Assembly: GCA_965652075.1 (NCBI GenBank) | Contig: CBFGTN010000001.1 | Location: forward strand, 64,041-128,040 | DNA length: 64,000 bases | Reading direction: 5' to 3' | DNA from: an uncultured bacterium | GTDB lineage: Bacteria > Chloroflexota > Limnocylindria > QHBO01 | In this document: in pieces, positions 9,864 to 19,300 of the stretch | How positions within the stretch are numbered: position 1 is the first letter of the stretch | How the letters are laid out: each line of letters begins with the position of its first letter | Notes under the pieces: generated by a model | Told to the model about the DNA's origin: nothing | Database searches by the model: none | Seen by the model: only the letters and a program-made list of their open reading frames with translations | Program-made: the position numbers and the translations under genes

Positions 9864-11516
9864 ATGACGCTCCGGTCCGACATCGCCAACGCGATCGCCG
9901 ATGCGCGCGACCGCGCCGCACAGTCCGGCGCGCTCGCGGTGCCGGACGGCGCGCCGCTTCCCGCCATCGGCCTGGAGCAGCCCGCCAACCCTGAGCACGG
10001 GGACTGGGCGAGCAACGTCGCCATGCAGCTGGCGCCCGTGGTTCGCACCGCGCCGCTGCGGATCGCCGAGACGCTGCTCGAGCACTTCGACCCACCCGCG
10101 TCAGTCGCAGAGGTCTCGGTCGCGGCGCCCGGCTTCCTGAACTTCCGCCTCGACCCGACGTGGGTGGCGGCCCAGGTCGGACCGATCCTGGCTGCCGGGG
10201 CCGAGTACGGACGCGGGACGGCGACCGAACCGATGCGGATCAACGTCGAGTTCGTCAGCGCGAACCCGACCGGCCCGCTGACGGTGGGAAACGCCCGCGG
10301 CGCATTCGTCGGTGACGTGCTGTCCCGGGTCCTCGAGGCCGTCGGCCACGACGTGACGCGCGAGTACTACTTCAACGACTACAACGAGCAGATCCGCAAC
10401 CTCGGACTGACGGTCCTGGCGGTGAAGCGCGGTGAGCCGATCCCCGAAGACGGCTACCACGGCGAGTACGTGAACGACCTCGTGGAGGCGGTGCCGGACG
10501 AGCTGTGGGCCCGCGCCGACGCGCCGGACGCGGACGCCGCCGAGCTGCTCGGGCGATGGGCGGCCGAGCGCGTCCGGGCCGGCATCGAGGCCAGCCTCGC
10601 CAGGCTGGGCGTCCGCTTCGACGTCTGGACGAGCGAGGGCGCCATCCATGACGCGGGGTGGGTCGAGCGCGGCATCGAGCGGCTCCGCGACGCCGGCCTG
10701 ATCTACGAGGAGGACGGCGCGCTCTGGTTCCGGTCGACCGAGTTCGGCGACGACAAGGACCGGGTCGTCATCCGCTCGAACGGCCGGCCGACGTACTTCG
10801 CGGCGGACATCGGCTACGTTGCCGAGAAGTTCAGCCGCGGATTCCAGGAGCTCATCTACATCTGGGGCGCCGACCATCATGGGACGGTGGCCCGCAACCG
10901 GGCAGCCGCGGTCGGGCTGGGGTACGACGCCGATGCGGTTCGGTGGCCCCTGATCGCCTGGGTCCGCTTCGTCAGGGACGGCGTCGAGATCCCGATGAGC
11001 AAGCGCTCGGGCGAGTTCATCACCCTCGACGAGATGCTCGACGAGGTCGGCACCGACGGCGCGCGCTGGTACTTCAGCTCGCGCGCCTACACGACCGGCA
11101 TCGACTTCGACCTCGAGCTCGCCAAGCGCCAGAGCAACGAGAACCCGGTGTACTACGCGCAGTACGCCCACGCCCGGGCGGCCTCCATCCTGCGCAACGC
11201 GATCGGGGTCGGCGCGACGCCCGACGCATCGCGAACGGGCGAGCTGCTCACACATCCGTCCGAGCTGGGGCTGATCCGGCATCTGCTCGAGTTCCCGGAT
11301 GCGGTGGCAACGGCCGCCGAGCGGCGCGAGACGCACGAGGTCCCCCGATACGCCTACGAGCTGGCGAGCGCGTTCAGCGCGTTCTATCGCGACTGCAAGG
11401 TGCTGAGCGAGGACGCGGAGCTGTCCGCAGCGCGGCTCGCCCTCGTCGACGCCAGCCGATCCGTCCTGGCCAACGCGCTCGGCCTGCTCGGGATCTCCGC
11501 ACCGGAGTCGATGTAG
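9864..11516 (+). CDS. argS: Arginine--tRNA ligase
   Basis: 550 aa with FVSANPTGPLTVGNARGA (HIGH-region equivalent), PMSKRSGEF (KMSKS-like) and a C-terminal anticodon-binding domain ending ...APESM. Confidence 0.95.
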   Translation: MTLRSDIANAIADARDRAAQSGALAVPDGAPLPAIGLEQPANPEHGDWASNVAMQLAPVVRTAPLRIAETLLEHFDPPASVAEVSVAAPGFLNFRLDPTWVAAQVGPILAAGAEYGRGTATEPMRINVEFVSANPTGPLTVGNARGAFVGDVLSRVLEAVGHDVTREYYFNDYNEQIRNLGLTVLAVKRGEPIPEDGYHGEYVNDLVEAVPDELWARADAPDADAAELLGRWAAERVRAGIEASLARLGVRFDVWTSEGAIHDAGWVERGIERLRDAGLIYEEDGALWFRSTEFGDDKDRVVIRSNGRPTYFAADIGYVAEKFSRGFQELIYIWGADHHGTVARNRAAAVGLGYDADAVRWPLIAWVRFVRDGVEIPMSKRSGEFITLDEMLDEVGTDGARWYFSSRAYTTGIDFDLELAKRQSNENPVYYAQYAHARAASILRNAIGVGATPDASRTGELLTHPSELGLIRHLLEFPDAVATAAERRETHEVPRYAYELASAFSAFYRDCKVLSEDAELSAARLALVDASRSVLANALGLLGISAPESM

Positions 11517-11520
11517 CGGG

Positions 11521-12843
11521 TCAGCCCTCGGCGATGTCCGTCACACGACGGAGGATCGTGTCACTGCTGCCGTGCGCGACCAGGACGTCCCCGTCGCCGA
11601 GCTGGGTGACGGAGGCCGGGAAGTCGAAGCCGGAGATCGCCGTCGAGTAGGCGTCGACGAACTCGACGGCATCCGCGGGCGTGTCCCAGGCCAGGCGCCA
11701 CGCGACCGCGAAGCCATCGTCGGGACCGATCGCGACGACGAGGCGATCGCCGCCCCACCCCGCCGTGGCCGCGAGCGCCTCGTCACGCGCGATGCCGTGG
11801 TACTCGAGCATCATCCGCAGGAACGCCTCGCCGATCGGCGTGTTGTCGACCTCCGTCCAGCCCTCGCCGAGCCCTGCGGCGAGGTCCGGCATCTCGACCG
11901 GGATCGGCTCCTCGCGCGGATCCCACTTGTCCGGGTGCACGATCTGCTCGGTCGAGTCGGCCGGGGCGGCGTACGCGGCGTCGATCTGGCTGAAGTCCGG
12001 GTTCAGGACGTCGCCCGCCAGCGCCCCCGCCCAGGTCAGGCCCGTCTCGTACGGGAAGACTGCCGTCTGCTCGACGAGCCAGGACGGGATCCCGCTCGTG
12101 TCGGGCTGCGGCTCGCTGCTGATCTCGGCCAGCTCTGCCGGGGTCAGGTGCGCGAAGGCCCAGGCGAACATCGCGGCCGTCGCGTCGCCCTCGACCATCG
12201 CGGTTCGGGCCAGGGCGCGGTCGTCCTGCCCCTCGTCCTCGATCCCGAGCGTGTCGAGGTCGAACGCGGCGTCCTGCAGCGCGTGGGTGTACTCGTGGGC
12301 ATACGTGATCTTGGCCGCGGCGTTCAGGCCCGCATCGGTCACGACAACCATGCGCTGCTCATCGTCGTCGTAGAAGCCGAGGACCTGGTCGCCAAGCAGG
12401 TCCAGCTGGAGCTCCGCGATGTCCTGGTCCGGCTCGAGCAACCCGAGCGCCTTGAGCGAGGCGTTGTCCTCGGCCTGCTCCGTCGGCGGATAGTCCTCCT
12501 CGATCGATGCCAGCAGCTCCTCGCGGAACTCGTCGCGCGTCAGCAGCTCCGGGGCGCCGATGTCGGCCGCGTCGAGCCCGCGGATCTCGATGACCTGCGC
12601 CTCGATCTCGGCCAGGGTCGCGACGACGTCCTCCCCGTCGGCCGGCGACGGCTCGTCGGTCGGGGCGTCGCTCGGAACGGGCGCCTCCGTCTCCGTGAGC
12701 GTCGGCGTGTCACTGGGGTCGGCACCGACACCTCCGCCGGAGACGTTGAGGCCGATGAGGATCGCGATCGCGAGGACGACGATGACCCCGACGACGATCG
12801 CGATCGCGCGCTGGGCAGCGGACATTGCGGCGCATTCTGCCAT
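11521..12843 (-). CDS. Membrane-anchored HExxH metallopeptidase-like protein
   Basis: Start taken at MAECAAMSAAQ (12843; the ORF is open to 12945). TM helix AIAIVVGVIVVLAIAILIG, an acidic Pro/Thr linker, and TYAHEYTHALQD (HExxH). Confidence 0.65.
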   Translation of the reverse strand: MAECAAMSAAQRAIAIVVGVIVVLAIAILIGLNVSGGGVGADPSDTPTLTETEAPVPSDAPTDEPSPADGEDVVATLAEIEAQVIEIRGLDAADIGAPELLTRDEFREELLASIEEDYPPTEQAEDNASLKALGLLEPDQDIAELQLDLLGDQVLGFYDDDEQRMVVVTDAGLNAAAKITYAHEYTHALQDAAFDLDTLGIEDEGQDDRALARTAMVEGDATAAMFAWAFAHLTPAELAEISSEPQPDTSGIPSWLVEQTAVFPYETGLTWAGALAGDVLNPDFSQIDAAYAAPADSTEQIVHPDKWDPREEPIPVEMPDLAAGLGEGWTEVDNTPIGEAFLRMMLEYHGIARDEALAATAGWGGDRLVVAIGPDDGFAVAWRLAWDTPADAVEFVDAYSTAISGFDFPASVTQLGDGDVLVAHGSSDTILRRVTDIAEG

Positions 12844-12976
12844 GCGATCGCGGGATGTCCCGCGAACGTTCAGGTTTCTTAAGGTGCGGCAAGCCCCGGA
12901 TTTAGACCGCCCCTTTAGTCTCCGACCTGCGAGATAGAGATCCAACTCGGGTTTCTGCCTCCACCCTCCCTCCTTC

Positions 12977-13019
12977 GAGCCCCGGTGTCATTGGGCGGGC
13001 ACCGGGGCTCGTGCTTTCC
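12977..13019 (+). terminator. Terminator-like hairpin in a divergent intergenic region
   Basis: GAGCCCCGGTG (12977-12987) pairs perfectly with CACCGGGGCTC (13000-13010). The loop is 12 nt and the tail GTGCTTTCC. It lies 28 nt upstream of the ATG at 13038, and no annotated + strand gene lies upstream. Confidence 0.3.
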
Positions 13020-13037
13020 CCTACGATGGCCTGACCG

Positions 13038-13679
13038 ATGGAGATCACCTGGTACGGCCGTGCCTGCTTCCGGTTGAAGGGGCGCGACGCCACCGTCATC
13101 ACGGATCCGTGCCCGCCGTCGACGGGCTTCGTCGCCGGCAAGCACGACGTCGACCTGCTGACGATCAGCCACGACCATCCGGACCATGCCTACACCCGCT
13201 CGATCGGCGCCGGGCTGACGCTCACACGCCCCGGCGAGTACGAGTTCGCCGATCTGCTCGTCATCGGCATTCGCACCTTCCACGACGGCGAGGGCGGCGG
13301 ACAGCGCGGGGAGAACATGGTCTTCGCGGTCGAGATCGATGGCGTCCACATCTGCCATCTCGGCGATCTCGGCCACCTCCTCAGCGACGAGCAGCTCACC
13401 GAGCTCGGGCCGGTGGACGTGCTCCTCGTGCCCGTCGGGGGCGAGACGACGCTGACGCCCACTGAGGCCGCGGAGGTCGTCGCCCAGGTCGGGCCGAAGA
13501 TCGTGATCCCGATGCACTACCGCGTGGACACGGCATCAACGGACCTCGGCGGGCCCGAGAAGTTCCTCCACGAGATGGCCGCCGAGCCGATCCGCCAGCC
13601 GAAGGCGCAGGTGACCGTCAGCTCGCTGCCGGACGAGACCCAGGTCGTCCTCCTCGAGCCCCGCGGGCGCACGTCCTGA
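13038..13679 (+). CDS. MBL-fold metallo-hydrolase
   Basis: 213 aa. ISHDHPDH (HxHxDH) and the overall beta-lactamase-fold pattern. Confidence 0.8.
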   Translation: MEITWYGRACFRLKGRDATVITDPCPPSTGFVAGKHDVDLLTISHDHPDHAYTRSIGAGLTLTRPGEYEFADLLVIGIRTFHDGEGGGQRGENMVFAVEIDGVHICHLGDLGHLLSDEQLTELGPVDVLLVPVGGETTLTPTEAAEVVAQVGPKIVIPMHYRVDTASTDLGGPEKFLHEMAAEPIRQPKAQVTVSSLPDETQVVLLEPRGRTS

Positions 13680-13917
13680 GGCCCAGACGTCCCTTCGCCG
13701 CGGTGCGAACCGTCAACGGGTCCTGGGCCGCTCGTACCGCTCGCAACCCCACAAATCCCCCTCTTTCTCATCGGGTCGCCACCGTTCCACACGAGTGGGT
13801 ACTAGGCAGGGCATGACGTTTGCACTAGGGTCGATGTCAATCCTGTCAATTCGGAATTGAAACCCAGATTCAGTTTCGAGCCCAGCTGCCAGGCGAAAGG
13901 AGAAAGGGGGCCGCCTC

Positions 13918-14694
13918 TTGAGCGTTACCCATCCGGGACAGCTGTCCCAGCGCACCAGTCTTCTGGTGCTCATCTCCATCGTGGCCGTCCTGCTCTCCAC
14001 GATGGCGATCTTCCGTCCGGCGAGCGTGCTCGCGCAGGACGACGTCAACGACCATCCCGCGTTGAACATCGCGAAGGAGAACGAGGCGGGTGATCGCCTC
14101 GCCGGAGCGGTGTTCATGGTCGAGGGATCGGATGAGCAGTTCACGACCGGCGACAACGGCAAGGTCTGCATCACCCGCATCAACGGGCAGTTCGTCGAGG
14201 ACCGCCCGTACGAAGTGACGGAGGTCACACCGCCTCCGGGGTACGCGCTCCCCGCTGAGCCGACCCAGACCGTGGAGCCGGACAACGACGGAACCGGCCA
14301 CTGCGACTCGCCGGATGCCGTCTTCGTCGACCCGGCCGCGTCGGGGAGTCCGAGCGCGAGTGCCAGTGCGAGCGCGTCGGCCAGCGCGAGCGCGTCGGCC
14401 AGCGCGAGCGCGTCGGCCAGCGCGAGTGCGTCGGCCAGCGCGAGTGCGTCGGCCAGCGCGAGCGCGTCGGCGTCGCAGTCGCCGCGGGAGAGCGAGCTCG
14501 GCGGGACACCCACGCAATCGCCGCGTGAGAGTGAGCTCGGCGGGAACCCGACGCCTGCCGGCTCGGTGCCCGACACGGCCATGACCGAGGGCGCGTCGGG
14601 GACGAGCACGGCCCCAGTCATTGCGCTCTTCGCGCTCCTGGCGCTTGCGCTGCTGACCTACGCTCGGCTGGCGACGGATCGCATCCGCCGTTGA
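13918..14694 (+). CDS. Secreted surface protein: SpaA/Cna-B-like domain, (SA)n linker, VPDTA C-terminal anchor module
   Basis: TTG start after AAAGGAGAAAGGGGG, with a signal/TM segment. The prealbumin-like domain is LAGAVFMVEG...YEVTEVTPPPGYALP. The C-terminus has about 40 residues of SA repeats, two RESELGG boxes, VPDTA, a TM helix and RLATDRIRR. Confidence 0.75.
   Translation: MSVTHPGQLSQRTSLLVLISIVAVLLSTMAIFRPASVLAQDDVNDHPALNIAKENEAGDRLAGAVFMVEGSDEQFTTGDNGKVCITRINGQFVEDRPYEVTEVTPPPGYALPAEPTQTVEPDNDGTGHCDSPDAVFVDPAASGSPSASASASASASASASASASASASASASASASASASASASASQSPRESELGGTPTQSPRESELGGNPTPAGSVPDTAMTEGASGTSTAPVIALFALLALALLTYARLATDRIRR
14368..14472. repeat. Tandem 18-nt repeat (GCGAGCGCGTCGGCCAGC, about 5.8 copies) encoding (SA)n
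   Basis: Direct reading: units at 14368, 14386, 14404, 14422 and 14440, plus a partial unit at 14458. Only C/T wobble differences separate them. In frame within CDS 13918-14694. Confidence 0.9.
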
Positions 14695-14717
14695 TCCCGG
14701 AGCGCTGACCGATCCAA

Positions 14718-14752
14718 GACGGCCCCCCGGTCGATCCGGGGGGTCGTTTCGT
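14718..14752 (+). terminator. Rho-independent terminator
   Basis: GACGGCCCCCCGG-TCGAT-CCGGGGGGTCGT followed by TTCGT, 24 nt after the stop at 14694. Confidence 0.7.
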
Positions 14753-14996
14753 ACCCCCGGGGACCGGGACCCGGTGACCATCGTCAACGGGAGCTTCGTC
14801 TCAAGACCTCACCACAGGTCACCCGACCACCCTCGGGTACGTCAATTGACTGGTACCCCAGTACTAGTCCTAGGCCATATACTCTCGCCGTCCGAACGAT
14901 GAGCACTCTGCCCCATCGATCGAATCATCAGCAGGCTTCGACGGCTGACGCACAGGAGCCTCGCGCCCAAACGGTCTTAACGGAGGAACTCCGATC

Positions 14997-16055
14997 GTGC
15001 GTCCACAGACTCTCACCGGCCGCTCGTCGACGCAGCCGTTGTTCATCATCCTCGCGGCAATCGCCCTCCTGATCTCACTCTTCGCCAGCGCCCGTCCAGT
15101 CGCCGCGGCGCCCAGCGACCAGGGCACCATCGCGATCTTCAAGACGATGTGCGAAAGCATCGGCCAGCAGGACACCTGCAATGGCCGTGACACGAGTCTC
15201 GATGGCTATCACATCGACTACACCGTCACTGACACGTCGACCCAGACGCTGGTCCAGACGATCGTTCTGACGCTGGGCGAGAATGCCGGCGGCGGCGGCA
15301 ACACCGGCGGCGGCAGCCAGGGTCGGATCGAGAGCGCTCCGATCGATCCGGGCACGTACCGCGTGTGCGAGGCCCCCGACGGCGCGCCGATCGCCTACCT
15401 CGCCGGCCACGATGACGTCCCGCTCGACGCGCTGCCCAGGCCGGAGTCCGGCAATGGCGGGTCGACCGGCGGTGCGCAGCTCCAGGACGGCGACTGCATC
15501 ATCGTCACCACCACCTCCGGCACGTCGGAGCTGAAGTTCCTCGACCAGCAGCTCGAGCCCGAGGGCACCGGCTCGATCGAGATCCTGAAGACCGACGACC
15601 AGTCGGCCCCGCTGGCAGGCGCCGAGTTCACGGTCGAGGGCGTTGCCTCGACGTTCACCTCCGACGCCGACGGCACGTTCTGCGTCGACGGCCTCGAGAT
15701 GGGCGCGACGCTCACCGTGACCGAGACGGCGGCTCCGGCCGGCTTCGAGCTGGCGGACCCCGCCTCACAGGAAGTCACCGTGAGCGTCGAGGGCATGTGC
15801 AGCGATCGTGAGGCCGGTCCCGACGCCACGTTCGTGAACACGCGCAGCGGGACGAGTGGCGGCACGCCGACGCCGACGCCGACGCCTACGCCGCGCGAGA
15901 GCGAGCTCGGTGGCAACCCGACCCCGACGCCGGAGCTGCCGGACACGGCGACCGCGGGCCTCGAGGTCCAGATCCCGTCGCTCGTGCTGGCGCTCATCCT
16001 GGTGGCATCGCTGGCCGCCCTGATGTACGCCCGGCTCGCCACCGACCGGCGGTGA
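14997..16055 (+). CDS. Secreted surface protein: SpaA/Cna-B-like domain, LPDTA C-terminal anchor module
   Basis: GTG start after GGAGGAA. Signal peptide LFIILAAIALLISLFASARPVAAAP. Prealbumin-like domain GSIEILKTDDQSAPLAGAEFTVEG...TVTETAAPAGFEL. C-terminus PTPTPTPRESELGGNPTPTPELPDTA-TM-YARLATDRR. Confidence 0.75.
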   Translation: MRPQTLTGRSSTQPLFIILAAIALLISLFASARPVAAAPSDQGTIAIFKTMCESIGQQDTCNGRDTSLDGYHIDYTVTDTSTQTLVQTIVLTLGENAGGGGNTGGGSQGRIESAPIDPGTYRVCEAPDGAPIAYLAGHDDVPLDALPRPESGNGGSTGGAQLQDGDCIIVTTTSGTSELKFLDQQLEPEGTGSIEILKTDDQSAPLAGAEFTVEGVASTFTSDADGTFCVDGLEMGATLTVTETAAPAGFELADPASQEVTVSVEGMCSDREAGPDATFVNTRSGTSGGTPTPTPTPTPRESELGGNPTPTPELPDTATAGLEVQIPSLVLALILVASLAALMYARLATDRR

Positions 16056-16088
16056 GCTAGCGCGCGAGCAACCGGCTCGAGCAACCCG

Positions 16089-16120
16089 AACGGCCCCGGA
16101 GACGACTCCGGGGCCGTTTC
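16089..16120 (+). terminator. Rho-independent terminator
   Basis: CGGCCCCGGA (16091-16100) pairs with TCCGGGGCCG (16107-16116). Loop 6 nt, tail TTTC. Confidence 0.75.
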
Positions 16121-16313
16121 GCGTGCCCGCCATCGGTACCAGGACCCTCGTTGCCCGGGGTCAACGCGTCCTTGCGAACCGCACGGCAGCGGACCGCACC
16201 AGACCGAGTCAAACCGACAACGGCATCGGTACCAAAGTACTTGACCCGCCCCTATGCTCCGCCGCGCTCGCAATGGTGCGAGCCGTGTGTACAGAGCCAG
16301 AGGGGCTGTATCG

Positions 16314-19300
16314 ATGGACTCCCGAGCGACGACGCGGACGCGATTGAGCGTCATCCCCGTCTTCATCGCGCTACTCGTCAACATGGTCGTACCCGTGATG
16401 ACGGTCGCGATCCCCCAGGTCACGCCGACGGCCCTGCGACCGCAGGTCGCCGAGGCGGCGTCCGACCCCAACCACGTGGCCTTCACCCTCGAGGGCTGTC
16501 GACTCGAGAACGGTGCGTTCATCGAGGCGACGGTGACCTGTGAGGATGCCGCGTATACCTCCGGCAACCTCGGCAAGGAGTGGAACGAGCTCGACCTCGT
16601 TCCCTATCGGCTGACCACCGAGCTGGGCAACCAGGCCGACGCGACGACGACCTACACGTTCGGCATCACCGCCGACCGCGAGGACGCCGGCCACCCCGGC
16701 TATGACGTCCTGAGCGCGCCGGTCGTCAACGCCGCACTCTCGGACGACAGCTGCCAGGTCAGCTCCGGCGCCGAGACGATCATCGAGCCCGGCGTCGGCG
16801 GCATCGACAAGTCGATCGGCCGCCAGGTCACGATCAGCCAGGACAAGGGCACGACCTGCGTCATCGACTGGTACGAGCGGCTCGCGCTCGGGTCGCACCT
16901 CTTCCCGGGCTCGTCGCTGCATACGAACCGGACGAACCAGGCCTGGAGCACCTCGGGCATCGGCGCCGCCGATGTCTCGATTCCCGTCAACGAGATCCTC
17001 CCGCAGGAGCTCTCGAAGACGATGTCGGCCGAGGTCGGCCAGACGTACACGTGGGACGTCTCGAAGTCGGCCAACCCGACCTCGTTGAACTTCGCGAACA
17101 CGTGCCTCGAGACGGCCGGCTCGCGCAGCCAGAACGTCCAGATCACGGTCTCGTGGACCCGCTCCGGCCCGACGGCCAGCGGCGCCACCACGATCACGAC
17201 CGAGGTCACCGCCATCAACCCGGCGCATCGCACGATCACCGTCCAGGCGACGGACAAGATCTATCAGGGCGCCAATCAGACGACCCTGCTCGACACGAAG
17301 GTCGGCAACGCTGTTGACGTTGCGGCAAACACGTCGGCAGTCGTCCTGACCCACAGCTTCGTCTACAACGGCTCCGCGACGACGTTCAACGACGTCGCCA
17401 CGGCCACCTACACCGACAAGCTGACCGGCATCCCGGTCCCCGGCTCGACCCAGGCCACGGCATCGGCCACGGCCCAGCCAGCCGGTGGCGCACCGGCGCA
17501 GTCGTCGGTCGTCGTGAGCGACACCGAGTCGATCACCGGCACCGGCCTCGCCTTCTCGGTCGCGGCTCCGTCCGTGGGCGCCTTCACCGGCGGCTACGTC
17601 GCGGGGGCGTCGACGACCGGCCCCGTGGGCTGGCAGTTCACGGCCACGAACAGCGGATCGGTGACCTTCACGAAGACGGTCACCGTCGACCAGCCGCGCA
17701 TCACGAGCGGTTCGCTGTCCGACACGGCCACGATCACCGGCGACGGTCAGACCGTGCTCGACACGGCGAGCGCGAGCGTCGGCATCACGACGGATGCCCT
17801 GGTCGCGCTGCAGATCAACAAGACGATCCCCTCCGGCTCGCTGCGCAGCGGTGAGTCGGTGACCTTCGACTTCGACATCAGCGGGCCGAACGGCTTCACG
17901 GACGACGCGTCGATCACGTTCAACTTCGGCGACCCGCTGACGAAGTCCACGACCCTCACGGGCCTCGCCCCCGGTCAGTACACCGTCCACGAGGTCCCGC
18001 AGTCGAACTGGGCGGATCACACCGACCAGATCGACACGATCACCCTTCCCGACTGCGCCGGCAGCGTGTCGTTCAACAACAGCACGCTGGCGCCCGACCT
18101 CGACCTGCTGAAGACGGCCGATACCGCCTCGGTCACCGCCGGTGATCCGATCGGCTTCAAGATCGCGCTGTCGAATGACGGCGCGGTCGGGACCGGCATC
18201 GCCAAGGACGTGACCCTGAGCGATGCCCTGCCATTCGGCGACGGCATCGACTGGGAGATCGTCTCGGTCGTGGGGACCGGCGGGTTCTCGCCGGCGCCGG
18301 ACGCCTGCTCGATCCTGGGCAGCCCGCCCGACGAGGACCTCGACTGCGACTTCGGTGACCTCGCTCCCGGCAAGGGCGTCGAGATCACGCTCAGCAGCGA
18401 CACCACCGGTGACAGCTGCGGCGAGTACCCCAACACGGCGAAGGCCGACGCCTCGAACCACGACGAGATCACCTCGTCGGCGAGCACCGAGGTGCTCTGC
18501 CCAGACCTCGAGATCACCAAGTCGACGTCGACACCGGTGATCGATGCCGGCGAGGAAGCCTCGTACACGATCACGATCTCGAACGAGGACGGTGACGCGC
18601 CGGCGACGAACGTCGACCTGGTGGACCAGCTTCCGAGCGGGCTCACCTGGACCGATGACAGCGGCGAGTGCACCGTGAGCGCCGGTGGGCTCCTCGAGTG
18701 CCTGGATCTCACGATCCCGGCCGGCGAGGAGTTCAGCGTGACGGTCACCGGCATGACCGACGAGGGCGAGTGCCCGTCGATCCTGAACCGGGCGACCTTC
18801 ACCTCCGGCAACGGCGGCAGCGGGGCGTCGCATCCCCAGGGCCAGGGCGCGGCCATCGAGGTCAATTGCCCGGACCTGGAGGTGACGAAGGAGCAGGTCG
18901 ACGAGAACGGCGACCCGACGGATGAGCCCGTCGACGCCGGCCTCACCGCCTACTTCGCGATCCACGTCACGAACCACGGACCCGGCACCGCGTTCGACGT
19001 CGACGTCCTCGACTTCGCGCCGGACGGCACGGTCTGGACGGTGGTGAACGACGGCGGGTTCGACTGCCCGTCCACGATCGACGACGCGGGTGACTCGTGC
19101 ACCGCGGAGTCGATGGCGCCCGGATCGGCCACGATCATCCTGAGCTACGAGACGTCCGAGACCGACTGCGGCCTGCTGGTGAACAACGTCGAGGTGTCCG
19201 CCTCGAACGAGCCGGCAGCCAACATCGGTCTGGACAACGAGGCGCAGGCCACGATCGTCGTCGAATGCCCGGGGCTGAACCTGACCAAGTCGGCGGACAA

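Noticed and set aside
14347-14475. Regular short repeats that might suggest a CRISPR array.
   Set aside because: The units are contiguous (no spacers), only 18 nt long, and lie in frame inside a CDS, where they encode (SA)n. No cas genes are present.
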